Positions 9,530 through 19,340 of a stretch of 64,000 nt of DNA are shown piece after piece. Positions within the stretch are counted from its first letter, which is position 1. The number at the start of each line of letters is the position of its first letter. The notes beneath the pieces are model-generated. The model saw only the letters and a program-made list of their open reading frames with translations, was not told where the DNA came from and searched no databases. The position numbers and the translations under genes were made by a program. Location of the stretch: positions 3,181,949 through 3,245,948 of the forward strand of contig CAWDWV010000002.1 in NCBI GenBank assembly GCA_963806095.1. The letters are read 5' to 3'. The DNA is from Thermoanaerobaculia bacterium. GTDB taxonomy: Bacteria > Acidobacteriota > Thermoanaerobaculia > Multivoradales > JAIOJS01.

Positions 9530-10982
9530 GCTGGCGAGTCTAGCCGCGGCCGGCGGCGAGGCGCAGGGCAGTAGGATCCGCGGCGGAGCCCGCTTGTCCC
9601 TCCTCCACCACGGCACCCCTCCTCGCCCCCGCGCATCGCTCGCCGCTTCCTTTTTTCTCGTCGCGAGCCTCGTAACGGGTCTCGTCCACCTGCTGGTCAC
9701 GCCGCCGTTCCAGGCGCCCGACGAAGCGGCGCACTTCTTTCGCGCCTGGCGCGTCGCCGACGGCCGGCTGGACCTCCTGCCCGGGCGCGAGCGGGCGACG
9801 ATCGCCGTGCCGGCCGGGCTGCTGCGCGCCGGCGAGACGCTCTACGGCGCGCCGCCGTTTCGCGCCGCTCGACGTATCTCCGTCGACGAGCTGCGACAGG
9901 CCGCGCGGGTGCCGGTGGGCCACGCCCGCGAGCCCGTTTACGTCCCCAACACGCTGCAGTACACCTTCGTGCCCTACGTGCCGCAGGCCGCCGGCATCGC
10001 GCTGGCGAGGGCGGGCGGCAGCGCGGCGCTCGGCGCGCTCTACGCCGCGCGGCTGGGCAATCTCGTCGTCGCGACGCTCCTCATCTGGCTGGCGATCCGG
10101 CGACTGCCCGCCTACCGCTGGCTGACCGCAGCCATCGCCCTGACGCCGATGGCGGTGTCGCTGCGGGCCTCGGCATCCGCCGACGCGCTGGCGCTCGCGG
10201 CGGCATGTCTGTTCGTCGCGTTGGTCGCCGATGCCGCGTGGGGCGCCGCACCGCCGCGGCCGCGAACGTTCGTGGCGCTCGTCGCGGCGGCGGCGCTGCT
10301 CGGCGCCACCAAGGCGGCTTACGTGCCGCTGGTAGCGCTCGTGCTGTTGCTCCCGCCGGCTCGCTGGCCGGCACGCCAGCGGTGGGCGTCGCTCGCCGCC
10401 GGCACCCTCGTCGTGGCGGGCGTCACCGCTTGGGCGCTCGCCACCGCTCGCGCGGTGCCGGCGTTGCGCGTCGACGCGGCCGTCGATCCGCCGCGGCAGG
10501 TGGCGCACGCGCTCGCACACCCACTCGAGCTCGCGGCGATCGTCGCGCGCGACTACGCGTTCCATGCGCCGCGCTACGCGGCGCAGCTGGTGGGCAAGCT
10601 CGGCTGGCTCGACGTGCCGCTGCCCCCGGTGTTCCTGGCCGGCTATTGGCTGCTGCTCCTCGCGCTCGTCGTCCACGACGGCTCGCGCGAGGTCGAGGTG
10701 CGCCGCTGGCAGCGCTGGCTCGCCGGTGGCGCCGCCGCGGCCTGCCTCGTGCTCGTCAGCGCCTCGCAGTACGCGCTGTGGACACCGCTCGGCGCCTCCT
10801 TCGTCGAGGGCGTGCAGGGGCGGCACCTGCTGCCTGTCGCCGTCGCTGCGATTTGGGCGTTTCACACGCGGCGATTCGCTCCGCGGCGAGAGCTTGCACT
10901 GACAGCGACTATGGTGGCGGCCAGCGCCGTCTCGCTGCTGGTCGCAGTGGCGGCGCTCGTCGCCCACTACTTCGGCGGCTGA
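9519..10982 (+). CDS. DUF2142-like polytopic membrane protein (putative glycosyl/arabinosyl-transferase-like)
   Basis: Has PPFQAPDEAAHFFRAW after the first TM helix, then at least 9 hydrophobic helices. The track start (GTG 9519) overlaps the ATPase start by 11 bp, so the true start is probably downstream. Confidence 0.65.
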   Translation: MSAMLASLAAAGGEAQGSRIRGGARLSLLHHGTPPRPRASLAASFFLVASLVTGLVHLLVTPPFQAPDEAAHFFRAWRVADGRLDLLPGRERATIAVPAGLLRAGETLYGAPPFRAARRISVDELRQAARVPVGHAREPVYVPNTLQYTFVPYVPQAAGIALARAGGSAALGALYAARLGNLVVATLLIWLAIRRLPAYRWLTAAIALTPMAVSLRASASADALALAAACLFVALVADAAWGAAPPRPRTFVALVAAAALLGATKAAYVPLVALVLLLPPARWPARQRWASLAAGTLVVAGVTAWALATARAVPALRVDAAVDPPRQVAHALAHPLELAAIVARDYAFHAPRYAAQLVGKLGWLDVPLPPVFLAGYWLLLLALVVHDGSREVEVRRWQRWLAGGAAAACLVLVSASQYALWTPLGASFVEGVQGRHLLPVAVAAIWAFHTRRFAPRRELALTATMVAASAVSLLVAVAALVAHYFGG

Positions 10983-12255
10983 TCACCAGGCCCTGGGATC
11001 GAGCTCGTACGGCAGCGGCGTGAGATTCACGGGGCCGTCGCCGCCGAGCGTCACCAGGTCCTCGAGGCGAACGCCGAAGCCCGCCTCGGGGTCGTAGAGC
11101 CCGGGCTCAAGTGTGAAGACGTCGCCGACACCGAGCGTCCCCTCCGCTGCCGGCGTGGCGGCGGAAGCTCGGGTACTCGTGGAGCTCGAAGCCGACACCG
11201 TGACCGAGCCCGTGCACGTAGCCGCGCGTGGTGCCCGGGCTGCGAGATCGGCGTCGGCCAGCCCGCCTCGGCGAGCCGCGCGCAGGCCGCTTCCTGCATC
11301 GACCAGCCGCGCCCCCCCGGCAGCGCCGACGCGTGCGCCGCGGCGAGCACCTCCCGTACCGTCGCGTGAGCGGCCACGAGCGCCGCCGGCGGCGCGGCCG
11401 ACGCAGAAGGTCCGCGTGCAGTCGGCGAACAGCGCGCCCTTCGGGATAGAGGTCCACCACCAGCGCCTCGCCGGCGCGCAGCGCGCGCTCGTCGTCGCCG
11501 CTGGTGTGCGGCACGCCGCCGTCGGCGCCGGCGGCCATGATGTTGCCCTCCGGCTGCTCGAGGCCGTGCGCGGCGAGCGTCACCGCCAGCTCGCGCCGCA
11601 GCCGCGCCGGCGCGCAGCCGCTCGCCCTCCAGCCACAGCTCGCCCTTCGTCGTCGTCGCCGCGGCGAGCAGCGCCGCCACCGCCCGCATCGCCTCGCCCG
11701 TCGCGCCGCGCCACGCGCCGCACCTCCGCGACCTCGGCGTCGGTCTTCCTCTTGCGGACGTCGAGCAGCAGGTGGTGGCCGGGCACGAAGGTCCACTGCG
11801 ACTCGTCGAGCCGCGCGCACACCGCCTGCACCAGCCCGGCGCCGACGTGGCCGGCGAGCGCCAGCCGCAGCCCCGGCGCCACGCCGGCGAGCAGCAGCGC
11901 CCGCTCGAGCACGTTGGCGAGCAGCACCTCCTCGGGCTCGCCCTGCCGCGCCCAGCGCGCCACGTCGAGCGCCTCCGGCGTGAGCAGCCGCAGGCCGCTC
12001 GCTCGCCGCCTCGTCGCGCTCCATCGGCGAGAGGTAGCCGAAGCACGCCTCGCCGCGCCGCGGCGCGATGAGGAACGAGGAGTGAACGTGGATCGGGCCG
12101 ACGAAGGGCGCAAGGTCGGGATCGCGCGCCGAGGAGGCGAGCACCAGCAGCGCGTCGCAGCCCATGGCCGCCAGCCCGCGCTCGAGCTCGCCGGTGCGTG
12201 TGGCGAGGGCGAGCCGGCGATGCGCGTCGCGGCGCTCGCCATCGGCGCGGCTCAC
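10983..12255 (-). pseudogene. pepP: Xaa-Pro aminopeptidase (M24B), reading frame broken ~7 times
   Basis: The protein can be read only by hopping between three minus-strand frames. The pieces are ..LAAMGCDALLVLASSARDPDLAPFVG.. / SGLRLLTPEALDVARWA..LLDVRKRKTDAEVAEVRR / ATGEAMRAVAALL..ELWLEGERL / LAVTLAAHGLEQPEGNIMAAGADGGVPHTSGDD..VVDLYP / KGALFADCTRTFCVG / PPAALVAAHATVREVL.. / TTRGYVHGLGHGVGFELHEYPSF / GDVFTLEPGLYDPEAGFGVRLEDLV. Breaks lie near 12001, 11715, 11615, 11440, 11393, 11230 and 11165. Confidence 0.85.
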
Positions 12256-12264
12256 TCCCCCGCC

Positions 12265-13228
12265 GCCGCGGCGCGGCGATCCCTTCACGACGCCGCAGCG
12301 CCGCGAAGTGCTCGCGGGTCGCCTCGACGTCGCGGCCGATCTGCGCCGAGAGGTCCATGATGCTGGGGAAGATGCGCTCCTCGCGCAGCCGGCGGTAGAA
12401 GCGCAGCGCCACCACCTGGCCGTAGACGTCGCTCGCGAAGTCGAGAATGTGGCTTTCGACCACGCGGTGAAAGTTCTCGTAGACGGTGGGCCGGGTGCCG
12501 ATGTTGGTGGCGGCGTCGAAGGTGGACGGGAAGCCCGGCAGCTGCACGCGCGTCGCGTAGACGCCGTCGCGCGGCACCAGCGCTTCGTCCACCTTGAGGT
12601 TGATCGTCGGCCAGCCCAGCTTCTGCCCCATGCGGTCGCCGCGCAGCACCTCGCCGACCAGCTCGTAGGGGCGCCCGAGCATGGCGTGGGCGTCCTCGAC
12701 GCGGCCGTCGGCCAGCGCCTGGCGGATGCGCGTGCTCGACACCCGCTCGCCCTCCCACTGCACCTCGTCGACGCCGTCGACGGCGAAGTCCAGTGGGCCG
12801 CCGAGCTTGCGCAGCAGCGCCACGTCGCCCTCGCGGCGTCGGCCGAAGCGGAAGCTTTCCCCGACGTAGACCTCGCGCACCGCCAGCTCCTGGCCGAGGA
12901 AGCGGCGCGCGAACTCCTCCGCCCCACGCGCCGCGAGCTCGGCGTCGAAGGCGAGGACGAGCATGAAGTCGATCCCCGCCGCCTCGACGAGCTTCTCCTT
13001 CTGCACGCGCGAGGTGAGCCGCGGCGGCGCTTCGCGCGGGCGCAGGAAGGCGAGCGGGTGGGGGTCGAAGGTGATCATCGCCGACGGCGCCTGCAGCTCG
13101 CGCGCCCGCGCCACCACGCGGTCGAGGATCGCCCGCTGGCCGCGGTGGATGCCGTCGTAGTTGCCGATGGTGGCGACCGCGTGGCGCGGCAGGTCGCTGC
13201 TGTCCCAGGCGTCCGGGATGACCTGCAT
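12265..13228 (-). CDS. ribF: Bifunctional riboflavin kinase / FMN adenylyltransferase; 3' end unresolved
   Basis: ATIGNYDGIHRGQRAIL, ITFDPHP, RVSSTRIRQAL, GWPTINL, HILDF..DVYG. The recognisable protein ends near aa 310-320 (..ATREHFAALRRRE). The frame then has no stop until 11051, so an extra indel near 12270-12310 is likely. The end coordinate is approximate. Confidence 0.88.
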
Positions 13229-13258
13229 GGCGTTGGGGATGGGGTCCCTCGGGCGCGC

Positions 13259-14683
13259 CTACGGCGCGGCGCCGGTCTCGGCGAACGCGGTGCCCGCCCC
13301 GGCAAAGGCGTCGGCCTCGCTCTCACCGTCACCGTCGACGATGCGCCCCACCAGGTCGTCGGCGAAGGCGTCGGTGATCTCGACGGTGGCAAAGGTGCCC
13401 GGCGTGGCGACGCCGTCGTTGATCAGCAGCCGCCCGTCGACCTCCGGCGCCATGCCGTGGTGGCGCGCCTGGAGCAGGTGCTCGCTCTCCTCGCAGACAC
13501 CCTCGACGAGGGCAGTCATGCGGCGGCCGACGAGCCGCTGCCGCCGCTCGAGCGCGATCTCGCGCTGCGTGGCGAGCAGCTTCTCCCAACGCCGGCGCGC
13601 CACGCGCCGGGGCACGCGGTCCGGCAGCTCGGCGCCAGGTGTCCCCTCCTCGGGGCTGTAGACGAAGGCGCCGAGGTGGTCGAAGCGCACCGCCTCGACG
13701 AAGCGCAGCAGATGATCGAAGTGCTCCTCGGTCTCGCCGGGGAAGCCGGTGATGAAGGTGGTGCGCAGGAAGACGTCGGGGGCGAGCTCGCGCGCCTCGT
13801 CGAGCAGCCGCCGGTAGCGCTCGGCGCTGCCGCCGCGGCGCATCGCGGAAAGCACCTCGGGATGGCTGTGCTGCAGGGGGATGTCGAGGTACGAACAGAA
13901 GCGCGGCTCCTGCCCCATCAACCGCAGCAGCTCGCGGTCGAGCGTCGTCGGGTAGGCGTAGAGGAAGCGGATCCAGGGGATGTTGGTGCGCGCGAGCAGC
14001 GCCTCGACGAGGCGCAGCAGGCCGTGGCGGCGCTCCGCCTTGCTCTCCCAGCCGTTCTGGCCGTCCAGGTCCTCGCCGAAGCGCGTGGTGTCCTGGGCGA
14101 TGAGGCAGAGCTCCTGGATGCCGGCGGCCTCGAGCTCTTGCGCCTCGAGGACCAGGCTGTCGATGGTGCGGCTGCGGAAGCGCCCGCGCCAGACCGGGAT
14201 GGCGCAGAACGTACAAGGGTTGTTGCAGCCTTCGGCGACCTTGAGGTAGGCGTAGCCGCGGGTGGTGAGCAGGCGCGGCGCCGTGTGGTCGAACACCAGG
14301 TGCGACGGCGCCGGCAGCGGCGGGCCGCCGCCGAGCTGCACCACCTGGTCGACCTGCCGCAGCTGGTCGAGGCTCACGAAGCCGTCGATCTCGGGGATCT
14401 CGCGGGCCAGCTCCTCGCCGTGGCGGTTCACCATGCAGCCGGCGACAAGCAGGCGCTTCCCCTCTCCCTTGCGCGCCGCCACCTCGAGGATGGCGTCGAT
14501 CGACTCTTTGCGCGCCTCCTCGACGAAGCCGCAGGTGTTGACGATGACGGTGTCGGCGAGGTCGACGTCGGAGGCCAGCTCGTAACCCTGGGCGCGCAGC
14601 TCGCCGAGCATGATCTCGCTGTCGACGCGGTTCTTCGCGCAACCGAGAGAAATCATGCCGACGCGACCCTTCGGAGGGGACAC
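13259..14683 (-). CDS. rimO: Ribosomal protein S12 methylthiotransferase
   Basis: ISLGCAKNRVDSE, radical-SAM CNNPCTFCAIP, and a C-terminal TRAM region. The start is placed at GTG 14683 or ATG 14656 rather than the track start 14782. Confidence 0.93.
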   Translation of the reverse strand: MSPPKGRVGMISLGCAKNRVDSEIMLGELRAQGYELASDVDLADTVIVNTCGFVEEARKESIDAILEVAARKGEGKRLLVAGCMVNRHGEELAREIPEIDGFVSLDQLRQVDQVVQLGGGPPLPAPSHLVFDHTAPRLLTTRGYAYLKVAEGCNNPCTFCAIPVWRGRFRSRTIDSLVLEAQELEAAGIQELCLIAQDTTRFGEDLDGQNGWESKAERRHGLLRLVEALLARTNIPWIRFLYAYPTTLDRELLRLMGQEPRFCSYLDIPLQHSHPEVLSAMRRGGSAERYRRLLDEARELAPDVFLRTTFITGFPGETEEHFDHLLRFVEAVRFDHLGAFVYSPEEGTPGAELPDRVPRRVARRRWEKLLATQREIALERRQRLVGRRMTALVEGVCEESEHLLQARHHGMAPEVDGRLLINDGVATPGTFATVEITDAFADDLVGRIVDGDGESEADAFAGAGTAFAETGAAP

Positions 14684-14744
14684 TGGAGGGGATACGGGGC
14701 CGGACACGGGGGCGGAAGTGTAGCAAATTGAGCGGCGTGGACCG

Positions 14745-15188
14745 ATGGAACGTCGATTGCACACGCAAAGCGTGGACGCCATGCCGTGTCCGCTCGACGG
14801 GGAGCACCACCTGATGCCGATGCAAGACTTCTCAGTCCAAGACTACGCAGCCATCGAGCGCCGCCGTACCGACCGCCGTCCTCTCGACGCCTCCGGTCGG
14901 GCGAGCTTCGCTGCCGATCTGAAGATCCTCAACGTCAGCCCGCGCGGCGTCGAGGTCGAGACCTCCGGCCGGCTCATGGTCGGCGCCGACTACGACCTCG
15001 AGATCAGCAGCCGCGGCGAAGAGGTGCCGGTGCGCGGCACCGTCGTCTGGTGCCGCCTCGACCGCACCGAAGAGACCGCGGCCGGCGACCTGCAGCCGGT
15101 CTACCGCTCCGGCCTCGAGGCCGCCTCGCAGTCGATCCCCGGCCTCGAGCGCCTGCTCGCGCACTCGCCGCGGCTCATCGAAGCCTGA
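14745..15188 (+). CDS. PilZ domain protein
   Basis: RRRTDRR ... LNVSPRGVEVE matches the RxxxR / (D/N)xSxxG c-di-GMP-binding signature. The true start is possibly MPMQDF at ~14817. Confidence 0.7.
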   Translation: MERRLHTQSVDAMPCPLDGEHHLMPMQDFSVQDYAAIERRRTDRRPLDASGRASFAADLKILNVSPRGVEVETSGRLMVGADYDLEISSRGEEVPVRGTVVWCRLDRTEETAAGDLQPVYRSGLEAASQSIPGLERLLAHSPRLIEA

Positions 15189-15209
15189 CAGCGGCGCGCT
15201 TGCCGCCGC

Positions 15210-16478
15210 TCACGCCGGCTGGCGCGACATGTACCAGTCGAGCAGCCGCTCCGGTGCCGCCAGCTGCGTGGTGCCGAACTCGTTGTTGCCGTAGCTCGCC
15301 GACATCAGGTTGAGGGCGCGGTAGGTGACGTAGGCGAAGTTCTCGCGCACGGTGTCCTTGGTGCGGTCGGCGTACATCGCCTTGAGCGTCTGCAGCTGGC
15401 CGTCGAGGAGGTCCATCGGCGCCCGCGGCGGCTCCGGCCGTGCCGCGCGCACCACCGGCGGGCGCTCGCGGCGCCGCAGCCCCAGCGCCGCCGACTCCAG
15501 CCGCTCGAGCTCGGCCATCACCGGGTCCACCGCGGCGGCGCGCGGCCGCGCCTCCTCGCGGCGCCGGCGCTCGATCACCGCCGGCACGCCCTCGCAGTTG
15601 GCGCGGTGGATGCGCTCGTCGGCGACGACCCAGCCGAGCTGGGTGACGTTGAGGTGCGCCGAGACGTGGCGCGTGAGGTTCTCGACGAACGGCACCACCG
15701 CCCGCTGGTAACCCTCCTCGACGCCGTTGAACATGTTGAGCACGTAGTAGACGCGGAACGACTCGAGGGTGTCGGAGAGCACGTGCAGGATGGGGTGGTC
15801 GCCGAGCGCCTCGCGCAGCTCGACGAGGAAGGCGTCGAGGTTGGGCAGCGTCGTCTCGTAGACGTCCTCGACACGGTCGAGCATGTCGTTGATGAAGGCG
15901 AAGTAGCGCTCCATGCGCGGCAGGGTGTAGAAGGTCGAGCCCTTGCCGAAGAGGATGCGCAGCGAGCGGAAGAGGATCGCCTTGACGATCTCCGAAGCAG
16001 CGAGGGTCGCCGCCGGGTGCTGCGGCGTGAAGACGAGGATGCCGGAGTTGCTGTAGGGCAGGAAGTCGAGGACGTTCTCGTCGAGGCCGGCGCGCAGGTC
16101 GAGCACGACGTACTCGGCCGGCAGCCGGCTCACTTCCTGCGCCAGCTGGCGGCGGAAGGCGGCGTCGGGGTTGGCGATCTCGGCGATGAAGTTGCGCGGC
16201 CCGGCGACGAAGCCGAAGTTCTTGTAGAGGCCGTCGGGGTCGAGTTGCGGGTCGAGGCGCGAGATGCAGTCGCGCAGCGGCACGCCCTTGCGCTTGAAGT
16301 GGTAGAGGTCGCGCGCCACGTCCCCGGGCACGGTGCTGCGCACCGACGAAGTGCCGGTGTCGAGGTCCACCAACACCGTCGGCGCGTGCCGGGAGAGGGT
16401 GAGGGCGAAGTTGACGGCGAAGGTCGTCTTCCCCACCCCGCCCTTGCCGGACGAAATGGGGATGATCCGGCGTGGCAT
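15210..16478 (-). CDS. ParA/MinD-family P-loop ATPase with ~150-aa C-terminal extension
   Basis: Deviant Walker A ISSGKGGVGKTT, followed by VLVDLD and YVVLDLRAG. Confidence 0.85.
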   Translation of the reverse strand: MPRRIIPISSGKGGVGKTTFAVNFALTLSRHAPTVLVDLDTGTSSVRSTVPGDVARDLYHFKRKGVPLRDCISRLDPQLDPDGLYKNFGFVAGPRNFIAEIANPDAAFRRQLAQEVSRLPAEYVVLDLRAGLDENVLDFLPYSNSGILVFTPQHPAATLAASEIVKAILFRSLRILFGKGSTFYTLPRMERYFAFINDMLDRVEDVYETTLPNLDAFLVELREALGDHPILHVLSDTLESFRVYYVLNMFNGVEEGYQRAVVPFVENLTRHVSAHLNVTQLGWVVADERIHRANCEGVPAVIERRRREEARPRAAAVDPVMAELERLESAALGLRRRERPPVVRAARPEPPRAPMDLLDGQLQTLKAMYADRTKDTVRENFAYVTYRALNLMSASYGNNEFGTTQLAAPERLLDWYMSRQPA

Positions 16479-16496
16479 GGGGAGCGGTAGCTTACG

Positions 16497-17486
16497 CTAG
16501 GGCCCACCCGAACGGTGCTCGAGCACGATCTTCCCCAGCAGCCCGCCGCGCTCGAGCGTCTCGTAGGCCTCGGCGATCCGCGCGAACGGCAGCACGCGGT
16601 CGATGACAGGACGCAGCCGGCCGTCGGCGAGGCGCGGTAGGGCGAAGTCGCCGAAGGCGGCGACGAGCGACGCCTTCTCGCGCCGCGAGCGGGCGCGCAG
16701 CACGGAGCCGACGAGGCGCAGCCGGCGGCGCATGAGCGAGAAGAGCGGCACGGTCGCCTGGCCGCCGCCGAGGAGGCCGACGAGCACCAGCCTCCCCTGC
16801 TCGCGCAGGCAGTCGAGGTGCGACACGATGGCCTCGCCGCCGACGAGGTCGATCACCAGGTGGGCGCCGTCGCCGCCGGTGAGCTCGCGGACGCGCCGCG
16901 GCAGCTCGGGACCGAGTGGCAGCGTCGCCTCGGCGCCGAGCGGTAGCAGCGCTTCGAGCCGGTCGAGCGACCGCCCGGCGACGAGCACGCGCGCACCGAG
17001 CTCGCGGGCGAGCTGCACCGCGAAGCTGCCGACGCCGGATGCCGCGGCGGTGATCAGCACCGTCTCGCCGCGTTGCAGGCCGCCCTCGTGCACCAGGTTG
17101 GTCCACGCCGTGACGCCCACTTCGGGAATCGCGGCGGCATCGACGAACGACAACGGCTCGGGGATCGGCAGCAGCTGGCCGACGGGCGCCACCACCTTCT
17201 CGGCGTGGCCGCCGCCGGCGAGCAGCGCCATCGCGCGGTCGCCGGGGCGCCAGCCTTCGACGCCGTCGCCGACGCTCTCGACGACACCGGCCGCCTCGAG
17301 CCCGGGGATCGCGCTCTCGCCCGGCGGCGGTGGGTAGCTGCCGCGCACCTGGTGCAGGTCGGCGTGGTTGAGCGCCGTGGCGTGGACGCGCAGCAGCACC
17401 TCGCCCGGACCGGGCACGGGATCGGGCATGTCTTCGAGACGCAGCGCCGGGTGATGCCGGTCTTGGGTGTAGGCGAGGGCGAGCAT
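16497..17486 (-). CDS. NAD(P)H:quinone oxidoreductase (MDR superfamily)
   Basis: EVLLRVHATALNHADL, PGLEAAGVVESVG, and Rossmann motif AAASGVGSFAVQLA. Start at MLALAY. Confidence 0.9.
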   Translation of the reverse strand: MLALAYTQDRHHPALRLEDMPDPVPGPGEVLLRVHATALNHADLHQVRGSYPPPPGESAIPGLEAAGVVESVGDGVEGWRPGDRAMALLAGGGHAEKVVAPVGQLLPIPEPLSFVDAAAIPEVGVTAWTNLVHEGGLQRGETVLITAAASGVGSFAVQLARELGARVLVAGRSLDRLEALLPLGAEATLPLGPELPRRVRELTGGDGAHLVIDLVGGEAIVSHLDCLREQGRLVLVGLLGGGQATVPLFSLMRRRLRLVGSVLRARSRREKASLVAAFGDFALPRLADGRLRPVIDRVLPFARIAEAYETLERGGLLGKIVLEHRSGGP

Positions 17487-17551
17487 GGCTGAGGGCGGTC
17501 GAGTTACCAGCATTACACGAGCCGCGACACCGACCTCCTTACACTCGTAGC

Positions 17552-18886
17552 GTGTCGCGACCCTTCCGCCGACCGCGCGCGCACCCGCCGGCCGCCGTGC
17601 TCGCGGCGCTCCTCATCGCCGCCGGCGCCGCTCCCGCCGCCGCCGTCGTCATCCCCGTCTCCACCGCCGCCGCACTGCGCACCGCCATCGACAACGCGCA
17701 GCCCGGCCACGTCATCACCCTCGCCCCCGGCACCTACGTCATCACCGCCGAACCTGCTCTGCGACACCGCCGGCACCCCCGACAGCAGCATCGTCGTGCG
17801 CGCCGCCACGCTCGGCAGCGCCGTCATCCAGTCCTCGGCGCTCGAAGGGTTCAAGGTCTCGGCGCCGTACTGGACCTTCGAGAACCTCGTCGTCGACGGC
17901 ACCTGCCCCGACGACGACGACTGCGAGCACGCCGTTCCACGTCTTCGGCGACGCCGAGTGGACCGTCATCCGCCGCAACGTCCTGCGCGACTTCAACGCC
18001 CAGATCAAGAGCAACGGTGCCGGCAACCCCTTCGTCTTCCCCGACGACGTGCTGATCGAGGGCAACGAGCTCTACGACCGCCACCCGCGAACGACCGGCA
18101 ACCCGGTGACCAAGCTCGACGTGGTGGGCGGCCGCCGCTGGGTGGTGCGCGCCAACGCCATCCACGACTACGAGAAGGACGGCGCCGACGGCGTCAGCTA
18201 CGGCGCCTTCCTCAAGGGCAACTCGCGGCAGGGCACCTTCGAGCGCAACCTGGTGCGCTGCACGACGCCGGCGAGCTCGTTCGCCGGCGGCACCCGCATC
18301 GGCCTCTCCTTCGGCGGCGGCGGCAGCGGCCCGCCCTCGATCTGCGAGGACGGCACCTGCACGCCCGAGCACCAGGGCGGGGTGATGCGCAACAACCTCG
18401 TGCTCGCCTGCAGACGACGTCGGCATCTACCTCAACGCCGCGGCGGCGAGCGGCGTCTACGCCAACTCGCTCTACGACACCACCGGCATCGACGTGCGCT
18501 TCCCGGCGAGCTCCGCCGACCTACGCAACAACCTGCTCTCGGGCCAGATCCGCAACCGCGACGGCGGCACCAGCAGCGAGGCGTCGAACCTGGAGATGGT
18601 GACGCTCGCCGACTGGGAGGACTGGTTCGCCGATCCGGCGGCGGCCGACTTCACGCTCGTCGACGGCGCCGTAGTCGTCGATGCCGGGGTGCCCCTGACG
18701 GTGGTGCGCGACGACTACTGCGGCTCGCGGCGCCCGAGCGGCCTTCCCGACCTCGGCGCCGTCGAGTACCCGAGCGCGCCGCCGTCGTTGCCGTGCGCGA
18801 CGATGCTCGCGGGTGGCGGCGTCGACGTCTTCCACGAGGGCTTCGAGCGCGGCGGTGTCGGCGGCTGGAGCGGCCGCGCGCCTTAG
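17552..18886 (+). pseudogene. Secreted right-handed beta-helix protein (PL6 / chondroitinase-B-like), 3 frame breaks
   Basis: Signal peptide plus VIPVSTAAALRTAIDNAQPGHVITLAPGTYVI (frame of 17552). The protein continues as LLCDTAGTPDSSIVVRAATLGSAVIQSS..WTFENLVVDG (frame of 17796). It then reads FHVFGDAEWTVIRRNVLRDFNAQIK..NELYD..VRANAIHDY..MRNNLVLAC (frame of 18049), and finally DDVGIYLNAA..DLRNNLLSGQIRNRDG.. (frame of 18494). Breaks lie near 17765, 17934 and 18411. Confidence 0.7.
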
Positions 18887-18905
18887 GGCCCGGTAAGCTC
18901 GCGGC

Positions 18906-19340
18906 GTGGCCGAGCCCTCTCTCATCATCGACGGCGACCTCTCGATCCCGCTCGCCGAGCTGTCGTTCGAGACCTCGCGCGCCGGCGGTCCCGGCGGGCA
19001 GAACGTCAACAAGGTCGAGTCGCGGGTGACGCTGGTGTTCCCGCTCGCCACCTCGCCGAGCCTCGACGAGGCGCAGCGGGCGCGGCTGCGGGAACGCCTG
19101 GCGAGCCGCGTCAGCAAGGCCGGCCTGCTGCGCGTCTCCGCGCAGCGCCACCGCACGCAAGCCGCCAACCGCGAAGCGGCGGTCGAGCGCTTCGTCGAGC
19201 TGCTGCGCGACGCCCTCGCCGAAGACCCCGAGCGACGCCCTACGCGACCGCCACGCGCCGCCAAGAAGCGCCGCGTCGAGGGCAAGCGCGCCCGCAGCCG
19301 CGTCAAGGAGCTGCGCGGGCGAGTGCGGGACGAGGGCTGA
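18906..19340 (+). CDS. arfB: Alternative ribosome-rescue factor / peptidyl-tRNA hydrolase
   Basis: RAGGPGGQNVNKVESRV (GGQ motif) and a basic C-terminal tail. GTG start. Confidence 0.9.
   Translation: MAEPSLIIDGDLSIPLAELSFETSRAGGPGGQNVNKVESRVTLVFPLATSPSLDEAQRARLRERLASRVSKAGLLRVSAQRHRTQAANREAAVERFVELLRDALAEDPERRPTRPPRAAKKRRVEGKRARSRVKELRGRVRDEG

Noticed and set aside
12164-14731. 855-aa plus-strand ORF
   Set aside because: It is antisense to ribF and rimO, which have clear catalytic motifs. Its sequence is low-complexity.
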